Part shown: piece by piece, positions 40,805 to 54,052 of the stretch | Position numbering within the stretch: the first letter of the stretch is position 1 | Layout of the letters: the number at the start of each line of letters is the position of its first letter | NCBI GenBank assembly: GCA_977030845.1 | Contig: OZ365112.1 | Coordinates: 7,068,001 to 7,132,000, forward strand | Reading direction: 5' to 3' | DNA: 64,000 nt | From: Fimbriosthenelais zetlandica | Taxonomy: Eukaryota | Notes under the pieces: generated by a model | Told to the model about the DNA's origin: nothing | Seen by the model: only the letters and a program-made list of their open reading frames with translations | Database searches by the model: none | Program-made: the position numbers and the translations under genes

Positions 40805-41365
40805 GATATTGTCTATAATATCAACCACCTAATTTTATTTTCAGTGGCATGCAATTATGGCAATGGGGAAGACAATACGGATAGGGTCTCATTTCAAGCT
40901 GAATTTAAGAAAATAAGAGCATTTCTTCGGGCATGATTAACTCTTCGAAGATATGAATTCGCCCTGTATTTTTGTTAATCAGGTCGGAAATTATTTGATA
41001 AAATCGCTCACATACAAATAATAATGCAGATTTCCTGAAGCGATGAAGATTACATATTCCATAGACAGAGAAGAGATATATTCAATGCTGTTACAGCTGA
41101 AGTACTTACAGGCAAGGCCTTTGTCAAACAAGAACAAATGAGGAGCAATAATTTGTCCTGCTATCTCCCTCAGCTCTCACACAGCCCGATATTGACAAGA
41201 CCCCCAACAACGTAAACACAATCAGTGTTAGTGTAAATTAATCATAAATCAGGCTTTTTTAACCCGGCTAATGATAACAGCATTTTATTGGCCAGGTAAC
41301 ATGTCATGTAATGAAAAACTACTCTAAGGAAACATCACTTTCTTGTAGCCTACTTTTTGGCATGG

Positions 41366-41509
41366 GGCGATAAAGGGGGTAAAGGTGGGAGTGACAAAGG
41401 TGTCGCAACAAAATTCATAAATTGTATTTGAATTGTCTTAAGGTGGGCCTCTACTGGTGCAATTCTCATTGCAACACCTGCATCACCTCTGTCGCTGCAG
41501 TGTCGCAAG
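41366..41509. mobile_element. MITE family A, copy 2 (degenerate, both termini lost)
   Basis: Shares GACAAAGGTG..TGTCGCA, AAATTCAT, a central TTAAGG..CTGG and CATCACCT.TGTCGC.GCAGTGTCGCAAG with the other two copies. Confidence 0.7.
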
Positions 41510-44317
41510 AGTGAAAGGGAAGAGACTTATAACAAAGAAAAGGAAAAGAAGGAGGAGAATTGGAGAAGAATGTAGTGAGAGACAGTGGGAAAGACAGTGA
41601 TCAGGTACAATGGGATGGAGGTGGTTGGTCTGGACGTGGAAACAGTGACCTGGGATTACAAAAGAAACCGGCGGGTTATCCTCGGCGCATGGCGACTGAC
41701 ACACACACACGTTGGCAGCAAAGATGACATTTACAGAATCGATTTTTCAAATTAAAATCCTCTGTGGTGAGCCGCTGTATAATCCCTTCATTTATGCCCA
41801 GGTTAAGCACTGCAAGTCTCCCAGGCCGGGAGGACATTCAGGTCCGGGGAAAGGGGAGAGAAAGAGTAATAGTGAGGGAGAAAGAGGGAAAGAGAAGGTT
41901 ATGAATACCGAGGGACGGTTTATTAATAGAACTTAATGAAGGGGAAGAACTTTTGATGCCAGCTAAGCATTTCAAGATCATGGTTTTTCTTCTACTTCCC
42001 ATAAGGCGACGTGTCGTTATGGAAGTATTCCCTCTCTCTGTAAAATGGACACGGAGTAATTAATTCTCCCTTTGTCCCTTCTCTGGATCACTCCATTGTA
42101 CATTAGAAACCTAAAAAGGCCCCACATTAAAGTTTAATTTTATGATCATCCATGCACGGAGAATTTTCTAGCCATTTAATTTTCTTTCTATTGCTTGAAC
42201 ATACTTAGTGAAATTTAGAGTGAAGTAGCAAATCTAATGGTTATAGGGGGGTGGGGAACTAACTGGGAGGTTTAAGCATAAGCTTATATTCCTGGGGATA
42301 TAAGAGGCTCATTAGATTTATTTTAATACTAATGGAAACGACCAAGCATCTAGATTTTATTACACATAAAGTTATGTGCATATACCCTATCACAATACTT
42401 CCCACTCATCTATATTATAACAATAATCTCATGTTCATGACTGATTGTCTATATTATGCTCTCTAGACTCAACAATGGAAAGAGAAAAAGATACCGAGAG
42501 AAAGCATTGTAGGACAAGCGCTAACAATCATTTACATTGTTCAATACATAATTGATCCATCCTTCCCGCCTCTACAATAGAAAAGTGTCGATAAGGTATA
42601 AGCCTTAATCATGGCAATTGCTTATAGCTGTTAATAATAAACACTAGAAGCTGTATAGTTTTTAGTCATCCTGTGGTTTGCTAGTATAGTTATTCCATCC
42701 ACCAATTGCGCTCTTACTCTATAGGGAGTAAGGCCTTAAACACATTAGAATTGGCGAAAAAGTCTTATTCACTGCTTTCCCTGCATGGAACATAAGTATT
42801 ACATTTTGAATGGGTGTATCCTTTCCACGTTCCACAATTCTTTTCTACATCTCTCTTTGACATCTCCCCTTACACCTTTTAAATGTGCTTCACTTACAAT
42901 ACCGATTTTTGTGGAATCTAAGGGATCATATATGAAACGAAGACATACAATAGATATAGGCCCCTACAATGAAAAGAACTCGTCCTTTCTATAAATCCTT
43001 CACTGCTCTCATCCTGTGTTGATGATGAACCCCTTACCAGATTTAGAAGCCAAACTAGAAGTGAATAACATCAGATATCATCAGTGGGACTTTTTATTAT
43101 CTTTAACTGTATGGGTGTGGCCAGACAGTATATATGATCCCCATAACTTAATACGTTACATCTACAGTCAGCAAAAAATCTATAAGATCCCAACCTCCAG
43201 TATAGACAGGTAAAATATTATCGAAAACCTAACAGAAATAGAATAAGGAAATTTTATTCCATTGCCACCTGGGGATGGGCAAGAAGAGTTAAAAGAAATC
43301 CAATTTTATTCGACCAAGGTAAGCCTAATTTAACTTTTTTAATTTTATGGGCACTGCTTGAGATCACAGTGTTCCCTGTCTCTCATAGATGTTTCTAAGG
43401 GTCGATGGTTGGGAACGAAGAAATTCCCCCATTTACTAATTTGCAATTAGATTTTCATTTAAGTTTTCTTCTAAGCTCTGGCCCTTTTCCCCTGACCTTG
43501 TCTCGGCTCGTCTGTCTCTTTCTCTGATTGTCTTTTGCACCCAGCACCCAGGTCTCCCCTCACCCTTACATCCTATTGACAATGAAGAAAACACAGCGTC
43601 ACAAAACAGATCAATAATTCGAAGAGCAGAACATGTAATGAATGGTCCATCCCTGCTCGCGTGATCGCCGCTCATCAAAGCCTGCTTCTAATTCAGGTTC
43701 AAGCCAATGAAATACTTTTAATGGAGTTGAAGGTGTGGCTGATTTCTTTCGCTGGTGCAAGGAAAAAACAGGAAGCAAACAGGATAGAAACTGTTTCTGA
43801 TATTCTGCTTTCTTCTGCTGCAAGGACACATGCAAAAAGGCATGTAATGTTATAGAACATGGATGACATTTATTGTTTCAAATTTGGTGTTATCTCTCGT
43901 CATTTATTTTGCCCAGAAATTAAATTACAAACAGACAAAAACTGGAGGTAAGGCCTGGATAATGACATTCATTCCCTGAACGCCCTAAATGCCCAGTCCA
44001 TGACTGATGGGTTTGTGTAATAATAATTCAATTATCTGCGTACCACCGCATACGTGTGGATTTTCCTATGACATTTGCAAAATTCATATGAGAAACTTGG
44101 TCTTAAATAACTCCGAGGCAGTCATGGGCTTAACTTGTAGCGACAAAAACCCTATCGGTTGAAGGAAAATGACTGGATGTTTTAGGTCCAATCGGAAACT
44201 TTGCTTGCAAGATCGTGTTTACGCGAATCTGCTGCCATAAATAGACTTTCCTCACGTCCTGCCAATCTAAAATACCTTGTTTCAGAATAAAAGCAGAACA
44301 TTGCACGAAAGTGGGCA

Positions 44318-44365
44318 CCCCCCCCCCCCTACCCCCCCCCCCCCCCCCCCCGCCTCCACCTCCCG
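44318..44365. repeat. Poly-C tract (C12-TA-C20)
   Basis: Read directly from the sequence; it accounts for the poly-Gly/poly-Pro ORFs at 44130-44468. Confidence 0.95.
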
Positions 44366-44558
44366 GAAGTGGTTTCAGAGGCATGCGCCAATGGTGTGCA
44401 ATATAGCATCCTGTCAATTTTTTACATTAAAAGGGTCCTCTGCTCCTTTACATATTCAACCTGGGTAACTGACAAGTTCAACTTTAAGTTAGGAGGGCTT
44501 ACAGTTATTATTATTAATTGATAAGGATTTCACAGATTTCTTGCAGCACGAGATAACG

Positions 44559-44794
44559 TTAAGCCCGATATCCACTGTACGATCTTTGAAGGCAACGATT
44601 TTTGTGATCGGCAAAAATCAAAATCAAATCGTTCCGGATCATTTCTCTATTGATTTACCATTGAAAAACCGGCGCCGATCCCAAGATTTTGGCATCCACC
44701 AGCCCGATCATCTGTTTTTTGGGTCTCGATCGTCTGTGATCGCTTAAGATCGCAAAATCGGGATGAAAATCGGGCTGGTGGATGTGGGGCTTAA
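44559..44794. mobile_element. MITE family B (PIF/Harbinger-like), CGAT-rich
   Basis: TTAA at both ends. Left terminus AAGCCCGATATCCACTGTACGAT versus right-end reverse complement AAGCCCCACATCCACCAGCCCGAT. Many GATC/CGAT subterminal motifs. Confidence 0.7.
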
Positions 44795-46588
44795 GTTTTC
44801 AATAATAGGATTTTGAAAGACTGGTCACTTTCCTGGGAATTTTTTTTGTATCTTTCCACCCCTCATAGAGGACGTTCATTTATTTCATTCAACAGTTTTA
44901 TCTTTGCCGGGAATTAATCAGTCTACATACCTCACATTACTGATTATCATGCTTCCAAAAGATAATAATGACAGCAGGCTACTTGAGTTCAAAAACCTGC
45001 CTTACCTTCCATCATTAATACATGCCAGATAATTAATATTTTTCTATCAGTGAGAGTAGATTCAATGATGATGGTATAATTGGGTCATATATGGGTTTCA
45101 TATAATGACATTGCTATGGTCTTAATGCATCATCCAGCAGGCAGACAATAAGCCTTCGTCCCAAGTGAACACGTTTTGTGCTCGGAATCTGATAACAGTC
45201 TGACAGTCTTGGAGCATTGCTTGGAAAGGCTGGCACATGTGGGCAGTTATAGATCTATGAAATTAGAGATAACAACTCAGGGCGGACTGCTGGAAGCAGG
45301 TAAAATGGATACAGTTAAAAAAGCTGCTATCTCATTTAAACCCCCGCAGAATATTATTGTGTAAGTAATAAGATCATGTACGACATTTAGCAGTGCCACG
45401 ACTGCACCTGCTTGTTGAAGTTTCAACATGCCCATTAGCTCGATAACAGTTTTTCTATCCAACTGTTTTAAGATCCGTGAATCCTTTAAAATGTGCCTAC
45501 TCTTTTCTTTTTAAATATTTTCAAATAAATTCATGGAGAACAAAAAATTGATGGTCATTGTCCATCAACATTTCATTTTCTATACATTGGTTGATAACAA
45601 GAGAGAATGAAAAGAACAATCAGCAGAAGAAAATGCACGTTTGGTACAAGATTTCGTTACAACAATAATCCAGTATTTATTTCAGAGTCATCACTCTGAC
45701 CTAAATGAAGTGCTCACCTGTCAGGAGAAAAGGTCATTTTCCCAATTTCCATTAATTATAAATTAAATGGAAGTGAATTTCAATGCGTAAATGAATTCCA
45801 GCGTGATTAATGTTTCAGTGAAATCAATCTTATCAGTTTACAAATCGGTGAGAGGATGCAGGAGATCTCCAGATGGGTGGCTGACAGCAAGATCCACAAA
45901 ATCAGAATTATGACTTAAGGCAAACCTCAGTGAGCAGTGCCACATGTGGCTGAAGGTGGCAAGTCCAATGATAAGGGATGGAATAATATCTCATTTAAAT
46001 AAATCAATGTACCAACATTAGAGTCGTTGTTGAACATACGGAAGACAATTTCTGTTGTGTTTGTCCCTTCTTTTACTATAGAGACTACCATTAATGAAAC
46101 CTGTAGGAGATCCACAGCAAAACCACTCCTTATCAGAGACAAAAATTGTTTAACTTTAGAACCACGCCCGGTCGCGTCATATTAAAATATCTTTTGTACA
46201 ATTCAGAAAATACTGATGATATTTGCTTCCAAATTTATTGCCACTTATCAAAGAAATTGGACCTTGTCATCGGATATGGATCATTGTCATTGCCATGGTT
46301 ATATTCAGTGCATTATAAGATCATAGTGGGTATACCCAATACCCATATCACATTCTAATCACATGTTATCAGTGAGGAATGTAAGTGTATTGGTGTCGCT
46401 GACAAAGTACAGACTAATTCCATGTAGCAGGCTTCATATCACCATCTATTAGGTATTCATCTACCACATAAAGCTTTCCCTAATTAGATTTACGATGTCT
46501 GATGACTGGCCAGTAAATGCTCATATGTTATATTCTGAGTATAATTAGAAATAAAAGACAAGCTTGGTTCAGTGACTGACAGCTATAT

Positions 46589-46881
46589 CAGGGTTTATAG
46601 CCTTGGAGGAGTGAATGGCGATTTTACGCGATGTAAAAATTCAAATTTACGGAAGAAAATTGCAGGGGCCAAATTGCAGTTTTCCAGGATCAAAGTTATG
46701 TATGCTTGTACTTTTTCCTCTTGCAAAAGCCTAACAATCAGCTGAGATTTGGTCAAAAAATGTTGTTATCATTTTCCAGGACTTTTCCAGAGTCTGACTG
46801 GTTTCCAGGACATTCCAGTACAGTCAGAACTAGAAAACGGGTTTCATTTTCGATGGAATTTCCAGGAGTCTACAAATACTG
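46589..46881. mobile_element. Degenerate hAT-like MITE with TTCCAG subterminal repeats
   Basis: Begins CAGGGTT and carries six TTCCAG motifs between 46682 and 46866, with an imperfect terminal inverted repeat ending in CTG. No matching 8-bp target duplication was found. Confidence 0.4.
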
Positions 46882-49149
46882 CATACTTTCATTTGTGACT
46901 TTTCTGATAAGAAATAACCAACAGAAGTATATCAATATCCTTATTGAGTAATGGATATCGGGTCAAAGATTGGTAGTGGGGTATGACTGTATGGTCTTGT
47001 GGCTTTATACAAGCAAACATAGAGAAGTTTGATCTGGTATATAAAGTCTGATATATATCACAGATTGATTGGACATCCTTCAGCTTGGAGGAATCCAGTA
47101 ATCCCAATCACACACACTGACCAACCGACAAAAAATATCTGAGGCTTGGAATTGCTTTTCTGACCCTGACCAACGAGTGCTCACTGAGGGTAAATGGATT
47201 TCCTGATCCGGGTCTTAATCTCATCGCAGCTGGGAGAGGCTTTTTGTAATGCTGTGCCCACCTACCGCCTGAAGAAATCCTCCCCCCAACCTGGGTGTCA
47301 TAATTAGTGACCACAAGAACCCTCTTGACGGCGCCATGTTTTTGAACCCATCATATGAATAGACCAGTCACCTCAGAGGATCCTTCAAAAGGGTCTTATC
47401 CCTTTGAACATTCTCCTTCTGAATCTTCCCCACTCATCCATTCGTCTCATGATATTTTTATAGGACTCTGCAAACGAACCCATGCATAATGGTCGTATTT
47501 TCTTACATCAGTGGGCATTGCTGGGTGTGAGGACACACAAAAAGTGGAGAAGTTATCGTCAGGATGGAGTTTACGCCAGTGCAAGACCTTTAAATTCACA
47601 GCTTAGGTTGGTTCAGCTCACCATCCTAACGTGTGCAAGGTGTATAACGTACAAACACCCTGCTACAAGCAACCGTGGGAAAAGTCACATATGGGCAAAG
47701 ACATAGTACTTATTTTGGCTACTCACTCCGTTAACTGGCTGGAAAAAACTTTATGGGGAGAGAGATGCGAGTCCCATTACTTCCAGATTTGCATTTAAAT
47801 TACAACGGTTACACGTACAGCCTGTAAAAGGAGAATGTGCGCATGCGGAGTAGTCTTACGATCGAAGGCATGTCATTCGATTTGCCAGATTCCATAGTTC
47901 ATCTGACGTGTAAAAAAGTAGTTTTTGCATAAGGAAGGGGAGAGGGACCTGAATAAATAATGCTGATGAATATGTCAAGTGACGCAGCGAGAGAGTATAG
48001 CATATAGGAGCGGTTTATTGTGACAGACCTACCTTTTTTGCCCTCCAGTCTATAGAAATGGCCTCATTTGCATAGATGTGTATGGTAATGTCTCAATAAA
48101 ATGCATGCCTCACACTCATTCTCACAGGAGGCTGCATACGATATAATGCCAATAAAATCCTGCCCGTCACTCGAACTGGAAATATGCGCTTTGCCATCCA
48201 AGAACTTCTGTATCGAATACCAGTGTCAGGTAGAAAGTGTTCAAATTTCCCCCTTTTCATATAAAAAAAGCTTTAAAAACGGATTATGTTTGTATTTTTC
48301 CACTGTAATCCGCATCCAATCAGATTGCGAGCAACGAATGATCCTCATAATCAAGAACTAATGAATAAGGTCCTCCTTAAAACCTCTTAATTTACACCAG
48401 TACAGTTGAATCAGCCTCTCATAACATGAACCAAGTTCAGGCTGCTTTTTCCTAGTCAATCACCATCCGATCAAAGTAACAGATGGATGAGAGTTTCAGC
48501 AAGCAGGCCAGATCTGCTCAACAGCACGGGCGGCTTCACCTTTGAAGCAACCAAGTGGAATAATACAGTTTCTCTGAGAAAGCTTCAATGTGTGATCCGA
48601 TTGTTTTCATGCTCCAGGGATCCTCCATGTGGCATGGGTGGGGACCACCAACTCCGCGGCTTCAGATCATGTCGTCTCATAGTTTGACAACTCTGATGTT
48701 GAACATTGATTGGAGATGAGGAGCAATTGAAACTGAAGCGATATGAGCAGCAAGAGTGGAAAGCAGGAGAGCACGAAGAAAGGCAGCAGTTAGAGCAGGA
48801 AAGTAAGAGGAAAAAGTAGAAGGAAGAACAGGAGGAAGACAAGAAAACCATCCAGCCTCCCGCACCATCGGTTTGGCTTTCACTAAATATGCGCAACTTC
48901 AAACGTTGAAGCAAAAGTATCCAAAACAGGGTCTTTTCCTGAAGTAAAGTAGTGCAAATGCTTGAATGATGTTCACAGAAGGGTGGGCTGTTGACAAACT
49001 ATTATATATACCACTTTTGTAGATGTCTCAATGGCGAAATGTGGTCGTTGAAAGAGCTCAGCCCACCTGATCCGAGACCGATTTAAATGCTTCCAACTCG
49101 ATCCCCAGCCCTCTTCGCTGTGAGCGTGGAGAGAGCGACAGAGCAAGCA

Positions 49150-49258
49150 GGAGCTGGGGCGGCTAGAGGAGGAGGAGGTAGGAGGAGCAGGGCACCCAGG
49201 AGGAATTGGAGTAGGTGGAGCAGGAGTAGGTAGGAGTAGAGAAGTAGGAGGAGCAATG
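49150..49258. repeat. GGA/GTA-rich purine low-complexity tract
   Basis: GAGGAG and GTAGGAG units; source of the Pro/Ser/Leu-rich minus-strand ORFs. Confidence 0.8.
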
Positions 49259-50064
49259 AGCAAGCTGAAACCACGACATCCAGGCGCACTTCTAAACACA
49301 GCCGATACCTTCTAAATCTCCCACCTTGTGTTCAGGGTCGACAAGGCTGCTTGCTCACTGACCAAGCAGGGTCAGGATGGCACGCCCTTAATGACAGACA
49401 AACAATATAAACGGATGTCAATAGTTTATAGACTAACCAGCTGGTGACACAAGCAAGGTGCAACTCCCAATGACTTCTACCCTCCAGACAAGGTTCAAGT
49501 TGTTAAATCACAATGCCTTCTACCCGTCAAATAAGGTGCAATTTGCTAAATCACAAGTCTACCTTCTACCCTTCGAGCAAGATGCAACATCCACTTGCTC
49601 AATCGCCATTTTTGGCCCTCTGCCTACAAAGGCTCAGCCAAGGCCAAGTCTGAAATATAACTTTTTAAAGCGGCTTCAGGACCAGTCGTGAAGCAATCGA
49701 TGTCCTCTGCCAAACACTTCAAGCCACGCCAAGATTGTAATGTTTAGTTTACATGCCACAGTATCAGAGTAGTGCACTTTTTATAAGCTATTTAACATGA
49801 AGACATCTATTCAATACGTAATTTCATTAGCAAGGTGGCTGTTACTTGGGTGTCATTACTCAAGGCGTATCTTCGCATAAAAATAGAGCATAAAAAATAA
49901 AGTTGCTATCATAATGATATTACCATAGTCCAAGGAGGCATGGGCAAACTTGACCAAGATGGATGATGTCTGGTATATATAGACATCATCAGAGAGCATA
50001 AATATTACCTCTCTTTAATGTACAGGCACTTGCTACCTAGCACCCGACCTGGCAGACATGTCCA

Positions 50065-50112
50065 GTGTTGACAAGGATAGGTCTAGATGTGTTGACAAGG
50101 ATAGGTCTAGAT
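50065..50112. repeat. Perfect 24-bp tandem duplication
   Basis: GTGTTGACAAGGATAGGTCTAGAT x2. Confidence 0.95.
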
Positions 50113-51393
50113 ATATATGTCTAGACGTCATCTCATGGTCAAACATACCACGACACTTCAAAGGAACCAAGACTTGATTTGGGCACAGAAATGAGATTGT
50201 ATCAATTCATGAAAGTTGTTCTAAGCTGTTATGTAAGCTACTTATGTTGGATTTTGGTTGTCTAAAGTAAATTATTTATGCTTACTGGGAAAAATAACAT
50301 AGTGCAAAGTAGGTAAAATCCTTTAAGGCATTTATTATAAACGGATCCTGGCTCAGGATATGCTTCAATTGCTTGTGGCAGTCATTGCTACATCTTATGG
50401 CCATATCGCAACCCACATTCCCATGGTATTTTCGCACGGGTTACATTTTTAAAAGTGGAGTCAAGATGCATTATCTTTACACTCCCTATCTGCTGTGCCA
50501 GCTAGCGAGGGAAGCTGACAGGAAAGAATATTTTGCCTTTCATAAAATAGGCATCAATTAAAGGAAATGAAGGGTATGGGTATTTCTTTCCCTCTGTGCA
50601 GATGCCACTGGTTAAGAACGATGCGATATCTTTAAACGATTCCTAGGGTTCTTATTCCCAAATCAAATTGAACTAATGAGTTATTTGGGTTAAAAGGCTT
50701 TCGTTGAAGTCCATATTTCAATCAATTATGGGGTTTTATATATTATAGTTATATGTGAAATAACAGTGAATTGCTGACTCCTTTATATAAAGACAAGCAA
50801 TTGTATATTTTTGTTGCACCACAAGCTCTGATGCTCAGTGGAGAGCAGCGGTGATCATAGACATCTCTCATGTCCAACCAAAGCCTTTGATACATACTAA
50901 GTGACAAATTTTGGCAGTCATTTTGGCCAAGGCACTTGCTGTATTATACATATTGGTTCTGTCTGTCACCCATGCCATCTGTCAGCCCCAGCTATATCAA
51001 TTCACCAGGCAATCTCACCTCACATCCTTTCAACAGCAAAACCTTACTATTAGCCACTGGGATCAGTGATCCTGAATATAAATGAGACATGTGTATGATA
51101 GATATATGGATTGGTGTTCCATAAAGTCAGTGGACCAGCATGGGCCATATTTAAACTTATATATAATGTCCATAGAGGCTATAGAGAAAAGGCCTGGGAT
51201 TTATGGTTTGCTGTGAAAGGACTGTTAGGATAGACATGTAATTCAATGTTATGATGACACGTGGCATTCAGTTCACCCACATGAACTTGTCACTCACAAC
51301 TTAATTTGCATAGGGATAAGGAGCTATACTACTAGCTGGTTCCATGACGTTGCATGAGGCATATAAGACTGACGCATACGGTATACATTAAAC

Positions 51394-51453
51394 TTTAACT
51401 CTTCTTTATAAAGACATATTGTGGATTTAACTCTTCTTTATAAAGAGATATTG
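51394..51453. repeat. Direct repeat, 28 bp with a 32-bp period
   Basis: TTTAACTCTTCTTTATAAAGA(C/G)ATATTG at 51394 and 51426. Confidence 0.95.
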
Positions 51454-53857
51454 GTATGGCCACAGTATAAAAAGAGTAGAGAATCACTCTTGAGGTTGGT
51501 ATGCCAGGTGGCAAACCATTGATCTCTGTACTGTCATATAAACTAAGACACATCCTTTGTCATATCTTCCCCTTGTTCCTCCTATATAGATGCTCTTCCT
51601 TCCCTCCAAGCCAAAGTATAGCTTTAGAGCTTGAATAAAAGACCAAGGACTCTACAGTCTACTAATATACTTTGCATGACCAGAATATATCTTTTCCAAC
51701 AATTTATATTATTGGAATGTACTTTTTAACAAGATTAAATGGTTGATTCCAAGTAGTAAATTATTTGGAGCTCTTCCAGTAGATCTAACCCCGAGGAAAT
51801 CAAGGTTTGAGCAAAGGGATTAGGAGAGTGACTGGCTAATGGATAGGCCTGCATGTGCTCTTTTCTATACCACTTTTTGACCCATCACACCAATCCCTTA
51901 TTACCACCTCACTCCCTCCCCGCTCCGGAAACCAAACATCCATCCCAGCCCCAGAGAAGCAACTACCAATTGCCCAGTGACAAAAAACACAGGTTCACTT
52001 ACATTCCTGAGATTAGGTACTTCTCCTTTTAAAGCCACAATTCTATGTCTCCGCAGATAGCTTGAACTAGTGGAGCAATCTGGAAGGAGTGAGCCTTTTA
52101 GGTCCAATACCAGCATGTTGACCAGTCTACCTCTGGTAAGTGGTAGCTCAGACAGATTGCCTTCCTTCACAAATGACTTGAAATTTGGGATAGCAAGGCC
52201 AACCCAGGGGAAGGTACAACAAGGTTATGTCGCTTTATGTCAACACGTGTCACACAGCGTTAACCAAGCCATCTAGCGCAGGCCTTGCCTGACCAGAAAG
52301 CAATAGGGGAACATATTGTGACCAGCATCCAAATGCTGTTCACTTTCCTGGAAATATCTAATTTCTGAAAGGTATTTTATCCTGTTTATGCAGGCTGTAT
52401 ACCATCTGGAAACATAATCATGCTTTTATGAGAGCTTTAATATATAAATATAATATTTTTAAAGCATATTTTACGACACACAGACTTGTTCAGCCTATAT
52501 ACTTCATGGCAAATGGCTTCTTTCTCTGCATAGATATACCTATTCATAAGCATTGGGATGTTTCCCAGTAACCAGCATTATAACCAGTAAGATTGATGAT
52601 GGTGGCTCAGTGAATATATAGACCACTTACTGGTCATAAAGTCACTGTTTGGTTGGTTAGGTTATAAATATTTTTCTGTTGTACCACATGTACTATTCTA
52701 CAGCAGTTCAATTATGCCATAAATTATATTCCTTCTCATTATAAACATAAAAGCACATGATACATGTCTCAAAAGCATAGTGTCCACAAGGAATGAATAA
52801 TGATGGAATATGGACTGGCAGTGATGGTCTACCATAGGAAGCATGTGCTCCCCATACAAGTGGTTTCATGCTCGGGCAACTGGAAGAAAATGATGGAGAT
52901 GCCTGTCTCCTGTACTCAATATATGGGTACATGGGGCTCACAAGGAGGTAAACCCAGGGGTTTTTAGCATATATATCAATTATAGTACCTGTATGCTTTA
53001 ACCATGTCCCTTACCTAAACAATGGATATTGTCACCATTATACAGATACATTTAATGCCTTATAGATAATTTCAATGCATCCTTATTTACGCTTGATAAC
53101 TCTTTAATGACTAATTTTGGCTTGGCAATATCCCTTGTTTATTTTATAGAATACTCAAGTTAAACATCATAATAATTAATTGAATTGTAAATTAAGGCCT
53201 AGAAGGCAGAGCTGTTGCGCAAATTATATAAATAATCAACGTTTAGTTTAAAAACTGAAATATGGCTTTAAAATGAAGGCCAATAATGAGTTGTGGGGAG
53301 GCAGCCTTGGTTTACAATCAGCTCGTTTTGTTGGGATGGATCATCTTGACCTTGTTTGGCCCACTGCTCCAACTGCTTCTCTAATGAATTAATCAGGCAA
53401 ACTTCCCCTAATTGTCAGTATTAAGTTTAGTCCATTGAGAAAAGTCATCCAGACCAATTCCAGGAGCGGGTTCCCGAATGAACCCTTTTCAACCTGATTT
53501 TCAATGGGAAAAGTTAGCCAGCAATTTGGGCCGAACCTCCTCTTTGGATTTGCAAGAAGGCAGTTGAAGTGATTAAGGAATTGGGAATCAATGGAAATCT
53601 TATCATTTTAAATGGTTTTAAAGAAGAGTTCCATGCACACAAGACGGAATTAATGGTCTGCCATAATTCAGTCTTCCTATAATGTGTTATGTCCATCCAT
53701 CTTCAGTGGTCATGCTGACCGAGCCATGCCACCTTCAGTGAATTTTTCCCCAGCGCATAACCCCAGGGATGCCTGTAAGTGACCACCTGCTGGAAGCAGG
53801 GTACAAATTCAGGAGGCTGGGTCACTCATGGTAATTGATGCAAACCAAACCTAAATT

Positions 53858-54052
53858 TAAAGCCGGGACTCCACTGCTGCGATTTGGCTCCCGACACTAC
53901 TGCGACAAGGTGATGCTTGTGTCGCAATAGAATTTATAAAATATGGTTGAAGTGTCTAAGGCCTTAAGGCTTCACTGGCACATTTCTCTTTGCAGCACAA
54001 GCGTCACCTTTGTCGCAATAGTGTCGCAAGCAAAGTCGCAGCAGTGGAGTCC
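53858..54052. mobile_element. MITE family A, copy 3 (PIF/Harbinger-like, right terminus eroded)
   Basis: The left end TAAAGCCGGGACTCCACTGCTGCGA pairs with TCGCAGCAGTGGAGTCC at the right end. The arms carry repeated TGTCGCA/TGCGACA motifs and clearly match 38684-38857. Confidence 0.85.

Noticed and set aside
41775-41798. LYNPFIYA, an NPxxY-like motif
   Set aside because: It is on the opposite strand, upstream of the receptor start, and has no preceding hydrophobic helix; a chance match.
45120-45364. LEHCLERL..MKLE resembling an L2/CR1 RT segment
   Set aside because: The YADD motif that should precede it is absent (QQADNK at best), so the match is too weak to call.
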